Shown: positions 7,470 to 14,727, numbered from the stretch's first letter. The stretch: DNA of 20,000 nt from an uncultured virus (IMG/VR IMGVR_UViG_3300025879_000018) (IMGVR_UViG_3300025879_000018); one strand, 5' to 3'. The notes: generated by a model from the sequence alone, not told the origin. Made by a program: numbers and translations.

Positions 7470-9293
7470 TTAGAAAGCGGTGTTTGGGTCAACTATCTGT
7501 GTCTGAATAACATCCACAGGATTATCTAGAATGCTTTTAAACAAAGGCTTTCCGTAAGCATCAGTAAATCCGCTTTGAGATAAATTCATTTGAAATCTCA
7601 ATGGGTCATCAACACTACTAGGCTGTCCGCCTGTCTCTGTCTCACGTATTTTTCTGACGTGAAACTCTACTGTCCTGCGGTCAACTGGGTCATTTGCCTG
7701 CACTTTTCTATGCAGGGTCACAAAATCATCACTGCGGTTCACGAATTTGCCGCCTCCTTCAGTATCCTCCGCATAAGGAGCTACTGGCAGACCATCCGCT
7801 CCTTTTCTACGCTGGGCTTCAGTAACTGCGTGCATATTTAGCCACACTGCAATCTGATGGTTGTTTGCGAATGTCAAGAACTCAGACGATGCCTCATAGT
7901 GATACTCGTGGGTTGATAGCCCACTGCGTTCACTCATATCAATACGCAACGAGTTGTAAGGGTCTATAAAGTAACCTTTGAATCCATCTTTAGCCAACAG
8001 CTTTTCTCCAAATATGATAAGGTCATAGTAGCTGTATACCTGCTTGTTGCTAATCAATACAAAGTGTTCTGATACCCATTCGTAAACAATCTTACGCTGA
8101 GCATAAGACATATCCTTGAGAGGCATATTTGCAGCAAATGTCATCAGCTTCATTTTGATTGATGCTGTTCTGTTTTCTGAGGAATATATAATCCATTTCC
8201 ATCCGTGACGAACTGCTGAGTTTACTATGAGGTATAGGGCGAATGTAGTCTTACCTACATTCGAGTGACCGTTGAGGATAGTAAAGTTAGGCTTGTATCT
8301 CCAATACTCATCCAACAGTTTTGAACCTGTATCTAGTCCCAAGTCTATCTTTCCTTCAGCGTAATCACAAATCCATCTAAAGTCCTCATCATCTGAAGAT
8401 ACGAATGACATATCCCCATCGTTAATAAGCATCTCACGCTTAGCTTTATCCTCTTCATCTATGATTTCGTGGATAGGCATTTGCTTACCCTTTGATAAAC
8501 CATCTGCGATGGTTGCCATAGGGTCATAATGAGAGTCGTAATCTCTCTTGGCGAATTCACGGAACAATACACGTACAACTTCATCCTCTTCCATACGACC
8601 AGCAGAAATATATCCACCACATAGTATAGAAGCCTTGAGAAGCGTGTTGTGTCTATGACCATCTTCTGCCCTCCTAACCATACGAGCAGCAAGGTTAAGC
8701 TTCATATAGTCGGTGAAGACATAATCTTCGTTAACCTCAACCTTTGTAGCCTCGTGGTCTGTTATAAAGTTAGAGAAGACCTTAGCGTCCATCTGTACAA
8801 TCAGCTGAGGGTCGTAAGATTCAAAGCAAGCACGAGACAGATTCTTTCCTGTGCCATCTACCTCAAGACCATAGCTTCTTTCAAAGTACTTCTCTAAGGC
8901 TCTAAAGTGGTCTTCGTGCCTTTCTGTGTTACTTATTCGGACAAGGGCTTTAACTCCATTACCCGAAGGAGAAATCCAGCAAGAGAATATATAATCATCG
9001 GTAGCTAAAGTTCTTTTTACTGAATCGACATCTACATTATCGAGGTCTATAACTATGAACCCAGAGTGTTCAAATATATCGTCATCTTTTCGGGACGAAA
9101 ACGTACCCGAAAAAAGAACTACAGGAAGCTGTTTCTTTAATCCTTTATCTCCAGTAATTCGTAGTTGCTCAACAAGCTCTTGAGAGTTACCTCTCTTAAT
9201 GTTTTTGATAGCATCCCCTAGAGATATGTATTCGGGGCTATCGGTCTCCCATATATTGTGGAAGCAGGTTACTTGGATTTCATTGGGGTTCAT
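7470..9293 (-). CDS. Primase-helicase fusion: BT4734/VirE_N-type AEP + PriCT-like + SF4 (DnaB/Twinkle-like) helicase
   Basis: N-terminal KKQLPVVLFSGTF...SGFIVIDLD...WISPSGNGVK...R.CFESYDP. Middle GHRHNTLLKAS. C-terminal Walker A GHSNVGKTT, YSSEN, Walker B FIDPYN, and KIR arginine finger. Confidence 0.85.
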   Translation of the reverse strand: MNPNEIQVTCFHNIWETDSPEYISLGDAIKNIKRGNSQELVEQLRITGDKGLKKQLPVVLFSGTFSSRKDDDIFEHSGFIVIDLDNVDVDSVKRTLATDDYIFSCWISPSGNGVKALVRISNTERHEDHFRALEKYFERSYGLEVDGTGKNLSRACFESYDPQLIVQMDAKVFSNFITDHEATKVEVNEDYVFTDYMKLNLAARMVRRAEDGHRHNTLLKASILCGGYISAGRMEEDEVVRVLFREFAKRDYDSHYDPMATIADGLSKGKQMPIHEIIDEEDKAKREMLINDGDMSFVSSDDEDFRWICDYAEGKIDLGLDTGSKLLDEYWRYKPNFTILNGHSNVGKTTFALYLIVNSAVRHGWKWIIYSSENRTASIKMKLMTFAANMPLKDMSYAQRKIVYEWVSEHFVLISNKQVYSYYDLIIFGEKLLAKDGFKGYFIDPYNSLRIDMSERSGLSTHEYHYEASSEFLTFANNHQIAVWLNMHAVTEAQRRKGADGLPVAPYAEDTEGGGKFVNRSDDFVTLHRKVQANDPVDRRTVEFHVRKIRETETGGQPSSVDDPLRFQMNLSQSGFTDAYGKPLFKSILDNPVDVIQTQIVDPNTAF

Positions 9294-9307
9294 ATTGGTT
9301 TATTTAA

Positions 9308-9655
9308 TTAAGTTCTTGTTTGATGGTATCCACTGTGATTAAATCCCTCGACTTCTAAAATGGTTTCTTGCCATTCTCTTAGATGAGGCTCTTCTTTCTC
9401 ATCATCGAGTGCAATCTTAAGTAAAATTAAATAACCAATCAAGTCCTTGACGTTATCTTCTCCATATCCACGAAAACCTTGAGTCTTTATACGCATAAGC
9501 TTGTCATCAATCCTTGCGCATAAATTTTCAACAGCATCCCCATTAGCAAAAACATTTGCTGGCTCAAGAGCTGAATCTCCGTAGCTCTCATTCTTTTCGA
9601 TTAGCAAATCAATAACCTCTTGACCTACTCTTCTAATCTTCTCCTGTGTCGTCAT
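9308..9655 (-). CDS. Nmad1/DUF1599-family protein (nucleotide-modification-associated, alpha-helical)
   Basis: LLIEKNESYGDS...RIDDKLMRI...EDNVKDLIGYLILL signature. Confidence 0.75.
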   Translation of the reverse strand: MTTQEKIRRVGQEVIDLLIEKNESYGDSALEPANVFANGDAVENLCARIDDKLMRIKTQGFRGYGEDNVKDLIGYLILLKIALDDEKEEPHLREWQETILEVEGFNHSGYHQTRT

Positions 9656-10133
9656 ATTTAATTAAATTATAAGATTTACAATTTTGTATATCTGAAAGAT
9701 AAATCTTGGATAAAACATCTTTTCTATTTGCTCTCTGATAAAGTTTTAAATAGCAATTGTATTTGTCAGTAAAAACTGGTTCTATTATATTTTTGCAAAC
9801 ATCCAACAGTTCTTTTCTGTCGACCATACAAAAACCTCCAAGCTCTTTCATTTCAAAGGCTATAAACTCTGCTTCTCCATACATCCATCCTAAATTACCG
9901 TGTACGTTTTTAAACTCAATCCAAATTAGATTTGGGTTGTTTCCTCCTTTAACGTCTACTGACGTCTTAGTTCCATCTGGTCTAGTTATATAGAAATCTA
10001 TGTGTTTATATATATCTACATTACTAGGTGTTTTAACAGTGGTGTATCCAATAGATTTACAGGATAAAACAAAAAGCTCCTCTGTTATTTTACCTTTAGA
10101 CCAAGAATCCCGATATCTTTCTTTGCTTACCAT
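9633..10133 (-). CDS. Putative PD-(D/E)xK nuclease-fold protein
   Basis: G..TEELF...HIDFYI...SVDVKG...WIEFKN...GWMYG pattern. Confidence 0.6.
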   Translation of the reverse strand: MVSKERYRDSWSKGKITEELFVLSCKSIGYTTVKTPSNVDIYKHIDFYITRPDGTKTSVDVKGGNNPNLIWIEFKNVHGNLGWMYGEAEFIAFEMKELGGFCMVDRKELLDVCKNIIEPVFTDKYNCYLKLYQRANRKDVLSKIYLSDIQNCKSYNLIKYDDTGED

Positions 10134-10381
10134 TTATAATCTTCTACCCATAAGGGTGTTTTCTCTCCCATCATCGCACCGAAGATGTTGAACTCAGCAA
10201 ACTCTATTGCCTCATCAGCACCCATACCATCACGCTTCATAAGTATGTCAACTACTAGGTTACGAGAGTAAACTACCTTCCAGAGGTTAGGTTCAAATCC
10301 TATGATGGCTTTGTCTAAGCCATCCGCAAACATTACATCTTCAGTGTATGCGAAGTCTTCTTCTATTCTTTCCCTTAGCAT
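10127..10381 (-). CDS. Conserved phage hypothetical protein
   Basis: ADGLDKAIIG...VVYS...GM..DEAIEF.EFNI.GA.MGEKTP, a pattern I recognise from aquatic phage proteins. Confidence 0.7.
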   Translation of the reverse strand: MLRERIEEDFAYTEDVMFADGLDKAIIGFEPNLWKVVYSRNLVVDILMKRDGMGADEAIEFAEFNIFGAMMGEKTPLWVEDYKW

Positions 10382-10384
10382 CTC

Positions 10385-10684
10385 TTAGTCTTTTATAAAA
10401 ACACCATCAACAGTCTTGCCTGTTCTTTTTGAAATCACTGCGTATGCTTTAGCTAGACATATAACTGGGTCTATACCTAGCTGTTCCGACAGAATAATAA
10501 GTGTAACCAAGGTATCACCCATTGCATCTTCAATCTCTGGCATATCGTTCTTAGCGATACCGCTAGATAGTTCACCTACTTCCTCGATTACTTTAAGGAA
10601 TTGTTTACTTACGTTTCCTGCCACCAACAAATCTTTGTTGTCTGCCCATACTTTTACTAATTGCTGTAGTTGTTCAAATTTCAT
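10385..10684 (-). CDS. mazG: MazG-like NTP pyrophosphohydrolase
   Basis: KQFLKVIEEVGELS...EIEDAMGDTLVTLIIL (EExxE...ExxD-type metal site) and C-terminal RTGK. Confidence 0.85.
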   Translation of the reverse strand: MKFEQLQQLVKVWADNKDLLVAGNVSKQFLKVIEEVGELSSGIAKNDMPEIEDAMGDTLVTLIILSEQLGIDPVICLAKAYAVISKRTGKTVDGVFIKD

Positions 10685-10685
10685 A

Positions 10686-10748
10686 TCAATCTTTTTCTAT
10701 TCCGTTATCTTCTTTGTCTCGGTTGCATAATGCTATTATGTCTTTCAT
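10686..10748 (-). CDS. Possible 20-aa mini-ORF
   Basis: MKDIIALCNRDKEDNGIEKD* fills the gap between neighbours almost exactly and has an AAAGAG-ATG start context. Confidence 0.3.
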   Translation of the reverse strand: MKDIIALCNRDKEDNGIEKD

Positions 10749-10752
10749 CTCT

Positions 10753-10926
10753 TTATTTTATTACTCGTTTTGATACCGTGTCAAAGATTTGATAATCCTC
10801 GTAATGTTCTCTTAATCCTCTAATACGGTCTTTAGCCTCTTCTAGTGTGTCAAAACTATCAATCATATCATCCATACCTCCTTGTGGGTAGTAAACGTAA
10901 AATGCAAATAGTAAATACCGTTTCAT
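10753..10926 (-). CDS. Hypothetical protein (57 aa, not in ORF track)
   Basis: MKRYLLFAFYVYYPQGGMDDMIDSFDTLEEAKDRIRGLREHYEDYQIFDTVSKRVIK*. Starts 2 nt after the upstream stop. Confidence 0.7.
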   Translation of the reverse strand: MKRYLLFAFYVYYPQGGMDDMIDSFDTLEEAKDRIRGLREHYEDYQIFDTVSKRVIK

Positions 10927-10928
10927 CT

Positions 10929-11144
10929 CTATTCTTTGTTAAATCTTTTCATCCATTGCCCATAGGCACTATCGGGATGTATCTCTTCTTTATACTTCTC
11001 TGCTGCTTTCAGCAAAGCCTCGTTCGGCTCTTGGTTAATCACATCTGTCTTCTCAAGCGTATCCTTCAGTATCACATTCCAAGCATACTTATCCTTGTCT
11101 GCTTCCCATAGCTTCTCGTACATCTCCAGTAGTATCTCTCTCAT
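10929..11144 (-). CDS. Hypothetical protein, MREILLEMYE family copy 2
   Basis: Start reassigned from 11180 to 11144, because the paralog at 11883 starts with the same MREILLEMYE and both follow the junction motif. Confidence 0.7.
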   Translation of the reverse strand: MREILLEMYEKLWEADKDKYAWNVILKDTLEKTDVINQEPNEALLKAAEKYKEEIHPDSAYGQWMKRFNKE

Positions 11145-11289
11145 TTCTCTTGGTGTTAAAGATTTCTTCATAAACTTCATTGAGTAACATCGCCCAAATC
11201 TGCATCTCCTCTTTTTCAGTTACTATTGGAGTATACTCACATCTCTCAAGTTTTTCTGCTACTTGGTTTAATAATTCTAATCTTGTCAT
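11089..11289 (-). CDS. Hypothetical protein (C-terminus probably extended by a 1-nt deletion in the junction motif)
   Basis: ATGA-coupled to the upstream gene. Reads ...EIFNTKRNE..., where an intact motif would give ...FNTKEK*. Confidence 0.6.
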   Translation of the reverse strand: MTRLELLNQVAEKLERCEYTPIVTEKEEMQIWAMLLNEVYEEIFNTKRNERDTTGDVREAMGSRQG

Positions 11290-11711
11290 CTCTCTTTGGT
11301 TTTAAAGGTTTTTGTTTGCTGCACCATATGCAAAGCAAGTGTCATAAACTGCTTCACCTGTTCTTCATTTGGAAGGTTACTATCCCATTGAATATAACGG
11401 ATGTGTTCAAATGTATCACACCCACTGCAACTGCCATAATATACCTCAGTAAATATATAGTCGGTTAGTGAGGGCTGATAAGAGCTACTGCAAAGTATAA
11501 ATATCTGAGTACCTTGATAGTCTCCATCATCAATGCATTTGTATCTATCCCAATCCCATTCTTTATAACCATAGCTTTCTAATGGTTCAGTAACTACCAA
11601 ACCAAACAGCTTCTTGTAAATCTGCTCATAAGACTCAGGCATATTATTCGTTAGCCATTCCTCAAGAAGGTGCTTGCGCTCTTCCCATTGTTTTACAAAT
11701 TCTAAAATCAT
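11286..11711 (-). CDS. Hypothetical protein with YGSCSGCD motif
   Basis: 141 aa with IDDGDYQGT and YYGSCSGCD motifs. Begins and ends inside junction-motif copies. Confidence 0.8.
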   Translation of the reverse strand: MILEFVKQWEERKHLLEEWLTNNMPESYEQIYKKLFGLVVTEPLESYGYKEWDWDRYKCIDDGDYQGTQIFILCSSSYQPSLTDYIFTEVYYGSCSGCDTFEHIRYIQWDSNLPNEEQVKQFMTLALHMVQQTKTFKTKER

Positions 11712-11757
11712 TTCTCTTTTGTGTTAAAGGTTAATGTTCATTTAAAGACACAAAACC

Positions 11758-11883
11758 CTATTGTTCTGTATCATCTTTGGTCTCTAATTTCTCAAGCGTG
11801 TCCTTCAGTATCACATTCCAAGCCCACTTGTCTTTGTCAGCGTTCCAAAGTTGCTCGTACATCTCCAGTAATATTTCTCTCAT
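11758..11883 (-). CDS. Hypothetical protein, MREILLEMYE family copy 1 (41 aa, not in ORF track)
   Basis: MREILLEMYEQLWNADKDKWAWNVILKDTLEKLETKDDTEQ*. 29 of the first 32 aa are identical to copy 2. Confidence 0.7.
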   Translation of the reverse strand: MREILLEMYEQLWNADKDKWAWNVILKDTLEKLETKDDTEQ

Positions 11884-11904
11884 TTTTCTTTTGTGTTTAA
11901 GGTT

Positions 11905-11994
11905 TGCGCCTACTTTTATATGTGTGCGCCTATAATTGTAAGGTTATACCCTTACTTTGTGTACCATATCGTCAACTTATACCCTTACTTTGTG
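11905..11994. repeat. Intergenic direct repeats: TTATACCCTTACTTTGTG x2 and TGCGCCTA x2
   Basis: Exact 18-mer at 11944-11961 and 11977-11994 (period 33). Exact 8-mer at 11905-11912 and 11925-11932 (period 20). Confidence 0.9.
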
Positions 11995-12006
11995 ACAATT
12001 TAAGGT

Positions 12007-12141
12007 TCATCGTTGTGAGGATTTGCGCTCACAATACCTTGCCCACATCTTCGCTACCCAAGCCCTTCTCTGTTGCTTGTTTGGGTACACTTTCTTTAGT
12101 CTCGCATTTGCAATGCGTAGGAATTGATTCATCCTGTTCAT
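12007..12141 (-). CDS. Small basic hypothetical protein (44 aa, not in ORF track)
   Basis: MNRMNQFLRIANARLKKVYPNKQQRRAWVAKMWARYCERKSSQR*. ATGA overlap with the upstream gene. Confidence 0.6.
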   Translation of the reverse strand: MNRMNQFLRIANARLKKVYPNKQQRRAWVAKMWARYCERKSSQR

Positions 12142-12719
12142 ATTAAATTCTTTACTCTTGCTAATTCTTTTTCTAACTTTTTATTTCTATCGTGTATATC
12201 ACGATTGTGCTTCTTTAGAAAGTCGTTCTCAAGCTTTATTCTATGAGGGTTTTCTAATCCGTCTACCTCATCTTTTAGCTTGTTGTAGTCCACTATCTTT
12301 CTTCTGAGCTTAGAGGATACTTCTATGAGCCTGCTTCTAAGAACATTTAGCTCAAATATCTCGTCCACCTCTCTTTGCATACCACCCTTATCAAGAATTA
12401 CCTGTAGGTTGTTTTTGATTTCGCTGTATATCTTATGATACGATGGGAGATAGTTGAGATTTGACTCGTGATTACGAACAGCGTGTAAAACCGTTGCGTG
12501 GTCTTTATTTATTATACCTCCAATCGTAGCATAAGCAAATCCTGTAACATCTCTACAAGCAACAAAGAATGCGTGCTTTATCGCTATGTTTGGTCTCTGC
12601 CTGTTGTCTTGGAATTGATATTTTTTAGAATAATCTTTCCAAAATTGCAATACAGCAACATACTCATTTGATACAGCTGCAAAATGCTTATAGTTAATTC
12701 TATTTACTTGTTTATTCAT
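12138..12719 (-). CDS. DnaA domain IV (Bac_DnaA_C)-like HTH protein with coiled-coil tail
   Basis: TGFAYATIGGIINKDHATVLHAVRNH parallels the DnaA signature SLxxIGxxFGGRDHTTVLHA. No AAA+ domain. Heptad-rich C-terminus. Confidence 0.75.
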   Translation of the reverse strand: MNKQVNRINYKHFAAVSNEYVAVLQFWKDYSKKYQFQDNRQRPNIAIKHAFFVACRDVTGFAYATIGGIINKDHATVLHAVRNHESNLNYLPSYHKIYSEIKNNLQVILDKGGMQREVDEIFELNVLRSRLIEVSSKLRRKIVDYNKLKDEVDGLENPHRIKLENDFLKKHNRDIHDRNKKLEKELARVKNLI

Positions 12720-12981
12720 TATGTATATCCTCCAATGTTGACTGAATAATTTTGTCTACACCTCTTTGTATCTGCATCATAAGGAATTCATCAGTCTTTC
12801 CGATTTGCTCTATATGAGGACTGACAAACCTCTCTAACTTTTTTTCTAAGTTGTTCATTAGCTGCTTAACGTCTCTTTTGTATATAGCAGTTCCCTTGAG
12901 TTCATCCATCTGCTCAAGTGTTGCTTGCATAAGCAGTATAAGTTTAACTGCCTTTCTGAATCTGATTATGTCTTCCTCCAT
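12712..12981 (-). CDS. Hypothetical helical protein
   Basis: 89 aa ORF overlapping its neighbour by 8 nt, in operon orientation. Confidence 0.7.
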   Translation of the reverse strand: MEEDIIRFRKAVKLILLMQATLEQMDELKGTAIYKRDVKQLMNNLEKKLERFVSPHIEQIGKTDEFLMMQIQRGVDKIIQSTLEDIHNE

Positions 12982-13123
12982 TGTATTTAATTAGTTCTAT
13001 CACATTCCACCAATAATCTTTCTCTTTGTATGGTGCTAGTTCTAAGCACTGAGTCGCTTGTAGTATAGCCTCTGACTCGTTGTATTTATTAAGAAAATAC
13101 AGAGCTTTGGCAGAACTAGTCAT
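12944..13123 (-). CDS. Hypothetical protein (59 aa, not in ORF track)
   Basis: MTSSAKALYFLNKYNESEAILQATQCLELAPYKEKDYWWNVIELIKYNGGRHNQIQKGS* fills the otherwise empty gap and overlaps both neighbours. Confidence 0.6.
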   Translation of the reverse strand: MTSSAKALYFLNKYNESEAILQATQCLELAPYKEKDYWWNVIELIKYNGGRHNQIQKGS

Positions 13124-13322
13124 CTAAAGAATCTTTTATAAGCCTACCAATCTTCTCCTCATCCAAGTGCTGAATCTTTCGCAGCTTTTGTCGCTCTTTA
13201 ACCTTTGCTCTTTCGTAATCAGATTTAGAACAATCTGTACCTAAGTTTTGGAACAGATTTGCGTTCTGCTCAAGGACACAGTCTATGACCTTCTTGTGTT
13301 CGGGGTTGTTGTGGTAAGCCAT
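13116..13322 (-). CDS. Hypothetical protein
   Basis: 68 aa ORF, tightly packed with neighbours. Confidence 0.7.
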   Translation of the reverse strand: MAYHNNPEHKKVIDCVLEQNANLFQNLGTDCSKSDYERAKVKERQKLRKIQHLDEEKIGRLIKDSLDD

Positions 13323-13326
13323 ATTA

Positions 13327-13521
13327 TTAAAATTTAAGTAATCGTAATCTTCTTTCGTATTTTCTAATTAGATTTCCCATACTATCTAGGCGCTTATCAA
13401 CTCCGTTGTGAAACCCAGTAGCTGAAGAACTAACAACAGTGTTTATAATATCCCAGTGCAAGTCAGAGATATATCTCTTAGTGTAACGCAGATGCATCTG
13501 CTTTCTTAAATACTTTTTCAT
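13327..13521 (-). CDS. Hypothetical basic protein
   Basis: 64 aa ORF, tightly packed with neighbours. Confidence 0.65.
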   Translation of the reverse strand: MKKYLRKQMHLRYTKRYISDLHWDIINTVVSSSATGFHNGVDKRLDSMGNLIRKYERRLRLLKF

Positions 13522-13816
13522 CGTGCTTTTTTGATAACATTCTTAGTCTTATTGATTGAGCAACTCTAAAGTTTTCGTTGTAGTCAAACTGGGTCAACAG
13601 CTTCTCGTTATGCTTTTTAGAGGCATAACGAATGTTATTCGTGTCTTTTATAGAGAACAGGTCTCTCAAGTCATACATAGAAGCTTCTTCAATGAAAGCG
13701 TTAATGAATGCCTGTCTCTTGTTTGTGTTAACTCTGTCTGACTTGTCATCGATACTACCAACTACATTGGTGTATCGCTCTAGTGCGTACTCAAGGTCTT
13801 TAATCTTGAACTCCAT
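13478..13816 (-). CDS. Hypothetical protein, possibly a divergent DnaA domain IV-like HTH
   Basis: RVN..KRQAF...KD....YA..KH...Y spacing parallels RPN..KHAF...KDHATVLHAVRNH...Y of 12138-12719. Confidence 0.55.
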   Translation of the reverse strand: MEFKIKDLEYALERYTNVVGSIDDKSDRVNTNKRQAFINAFIEEASMYDLRDLFSIKDTNNIRYASKKHNEKLLTQFDYNENFRVAQSIRLRMLSKKHDEKVFKKADASALH

Positions 13817-14012
13817 ATCCGATTAGTTTTTTATCTAAAATCTTTAGTATTAAAATATCTCCTTGTTTAGATTTACCATATACAGCATCCTTAACTCTGT
13901 TAACTGTAATAGGTCTGCGGTTTAGGTCTGCAACATTTTCTCCCTTACTAACGATTTCAATCTCTCGTCTCATTGTCGATTTTCCCTTTTTGTAGCTTAC
14001 TAATAGCTTCAT
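13800..14012 (-). CDS. Hypothetical basic protein
   Basis: Part of ORF 13800..14045. The start is more likely at 14012 (MKLLVSYKKG) or 13973. Confidence 0.55.
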   Translation of the reverse strand: MKLLVSYKKGKSTMRREIEIVSKGENVADLNRRPITVNRVKDAVYGKSKQGDILILKILDKKLIGYGVQD

Positions 14013-14433
14013 CAGATAAATCGGCATCGTCCAGTTTGTTGACACTTATCTCGAATTTACGTTTGATTACAGGAATAAGTTCAGACATTAAAAATCTGTC
14101 CTTGTTATTCTTCATTAGCATACAAGCGTCTTCCGTCTTCAGTACTACACAATTGTTATTAGGCTTGTTCCAAATACAAAGCACAGCATAGTCTGAGTTA
14201 CCAAGAGATTCCGTCTCAATACAATCAGTATTGACGTATGGTATATTTTCTTTTATGTAAAAGTTGGTAAAATATATTTCGAACTTGACTTTACCCTTGG
14301 TTTTAGGTGAAATAAATTCTGCATATGGAGGATTTAGGGACTCACACTTGAGTCCCCAATCCAAAGCCATATACATTCCAATAGCGTTACTCCAATTCTT
14401 GGACATCTCGCCTTGGAATCCCTGCTTATCCAT
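13957..14433 (-). CDS. Hypothetical protein
   Basis: 158 aa with a TAATG 1-nt overlap to the upstream SSB-like gene. Confidence 0.65.
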   Translation of the reverse strand: MDKQGFQGEMSKNWSNAIGMYMALDWGLKCESLNPPYAEFISPKTKGKVKFEIYFTNFYIKENIPYVNTDCIETESLGNSDYAVLCIWNKPNNNCVVLKTEDACMLMKNNKDRFLMSELIPVIKRKFEISVNKLDDADLSDEAISKLQKGKIDNETRD

Positions 14434-14720
14434 TAGAATGGCAATCCGTCTGCTTGAGCAGCGTTAGAATTGTTAGCAGGAGCTGTTGTGTTTCCAGAGC
14501 TAGGGTCATAGACCTTAATCATATTGTAAGCCTTACCAGCCTTGCTCATTCCAGATACAGCAGTAAGGTACACACGACCTTGCTTTCCTTCTTTACCTTG
14601 AGTAGCGTAGCGCTTCAAGTCTTCCAATTCTGAAAGAGTTAATGAAAAGCGAGACTCAATACGTGGAGTTTCGCAGTAACCCACTAGCGGTGAGTTGTTG
14701 TTGTTTTGATTTTGTGACAT
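14433..14720 (-). CDS. Putative single-stranded DNA-binding protein
   Basis: Small beta-rich core, N/A-rich flexible linker and terminal DGLPF resembling the SSB C-terminal tip. Downstream of ERF and the exonuclease. Confidence 0.6.
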   Translation of the reverse strand: MSQNQNNNNSPLVGYCETPRIESRFSLTLSELEDLKRYATQGKEGKQGRVYLTAVSGMSKAGKAYNMIKVYDPSSGNTTAPANNSNAAQADGLPF

Positions 14721-14727
14721 TTTAAAA

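Larger units (their letters stand above)
11050..11883. repeat. 95-bp dispersed direct repeat (11050-11144 and 11789-11883), ~86% identical
   Basis: Manual alignment gives 13 mismatches in 95 nt with no gaps. Encodes the first 32 codons of two paralogous ORFs. Confidence 0.95.
11142..11905 (-). repeat. Four copies of a ~25-nt gene-junction motif ending in the start codon
   Basis: Minus strand: AAACCTTAAACACAAAAGAAAAATG (11905-11881), TAACCTTTAACACAAAAGAGAAATG (11733-11709), AAACCTTTAAAACCAAAGAGAGATG (11311-11287), AAATCTTTAACACC-AAGAGAAATG (11165-11142). All are followed by A (ATGA). Confidence 0.9.

Noticed and set aside
11050..11883. DGR template/variable repeat pair
   Set aside because: Mismatches are not restricted to adenines on either strand, about half are synonymous, the repeat is at gene 5' ends, and no reverse transcriptase is in the window.
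11142..11994. CRISPR or mini-CRISPR array
   Set aside because: Repeats are degenerate and non-palindromic, spacing is irregular (145-422 nt) and contains genes, the 18-mers occur only twice with a 15-nt spacer, and no cas genes are present.
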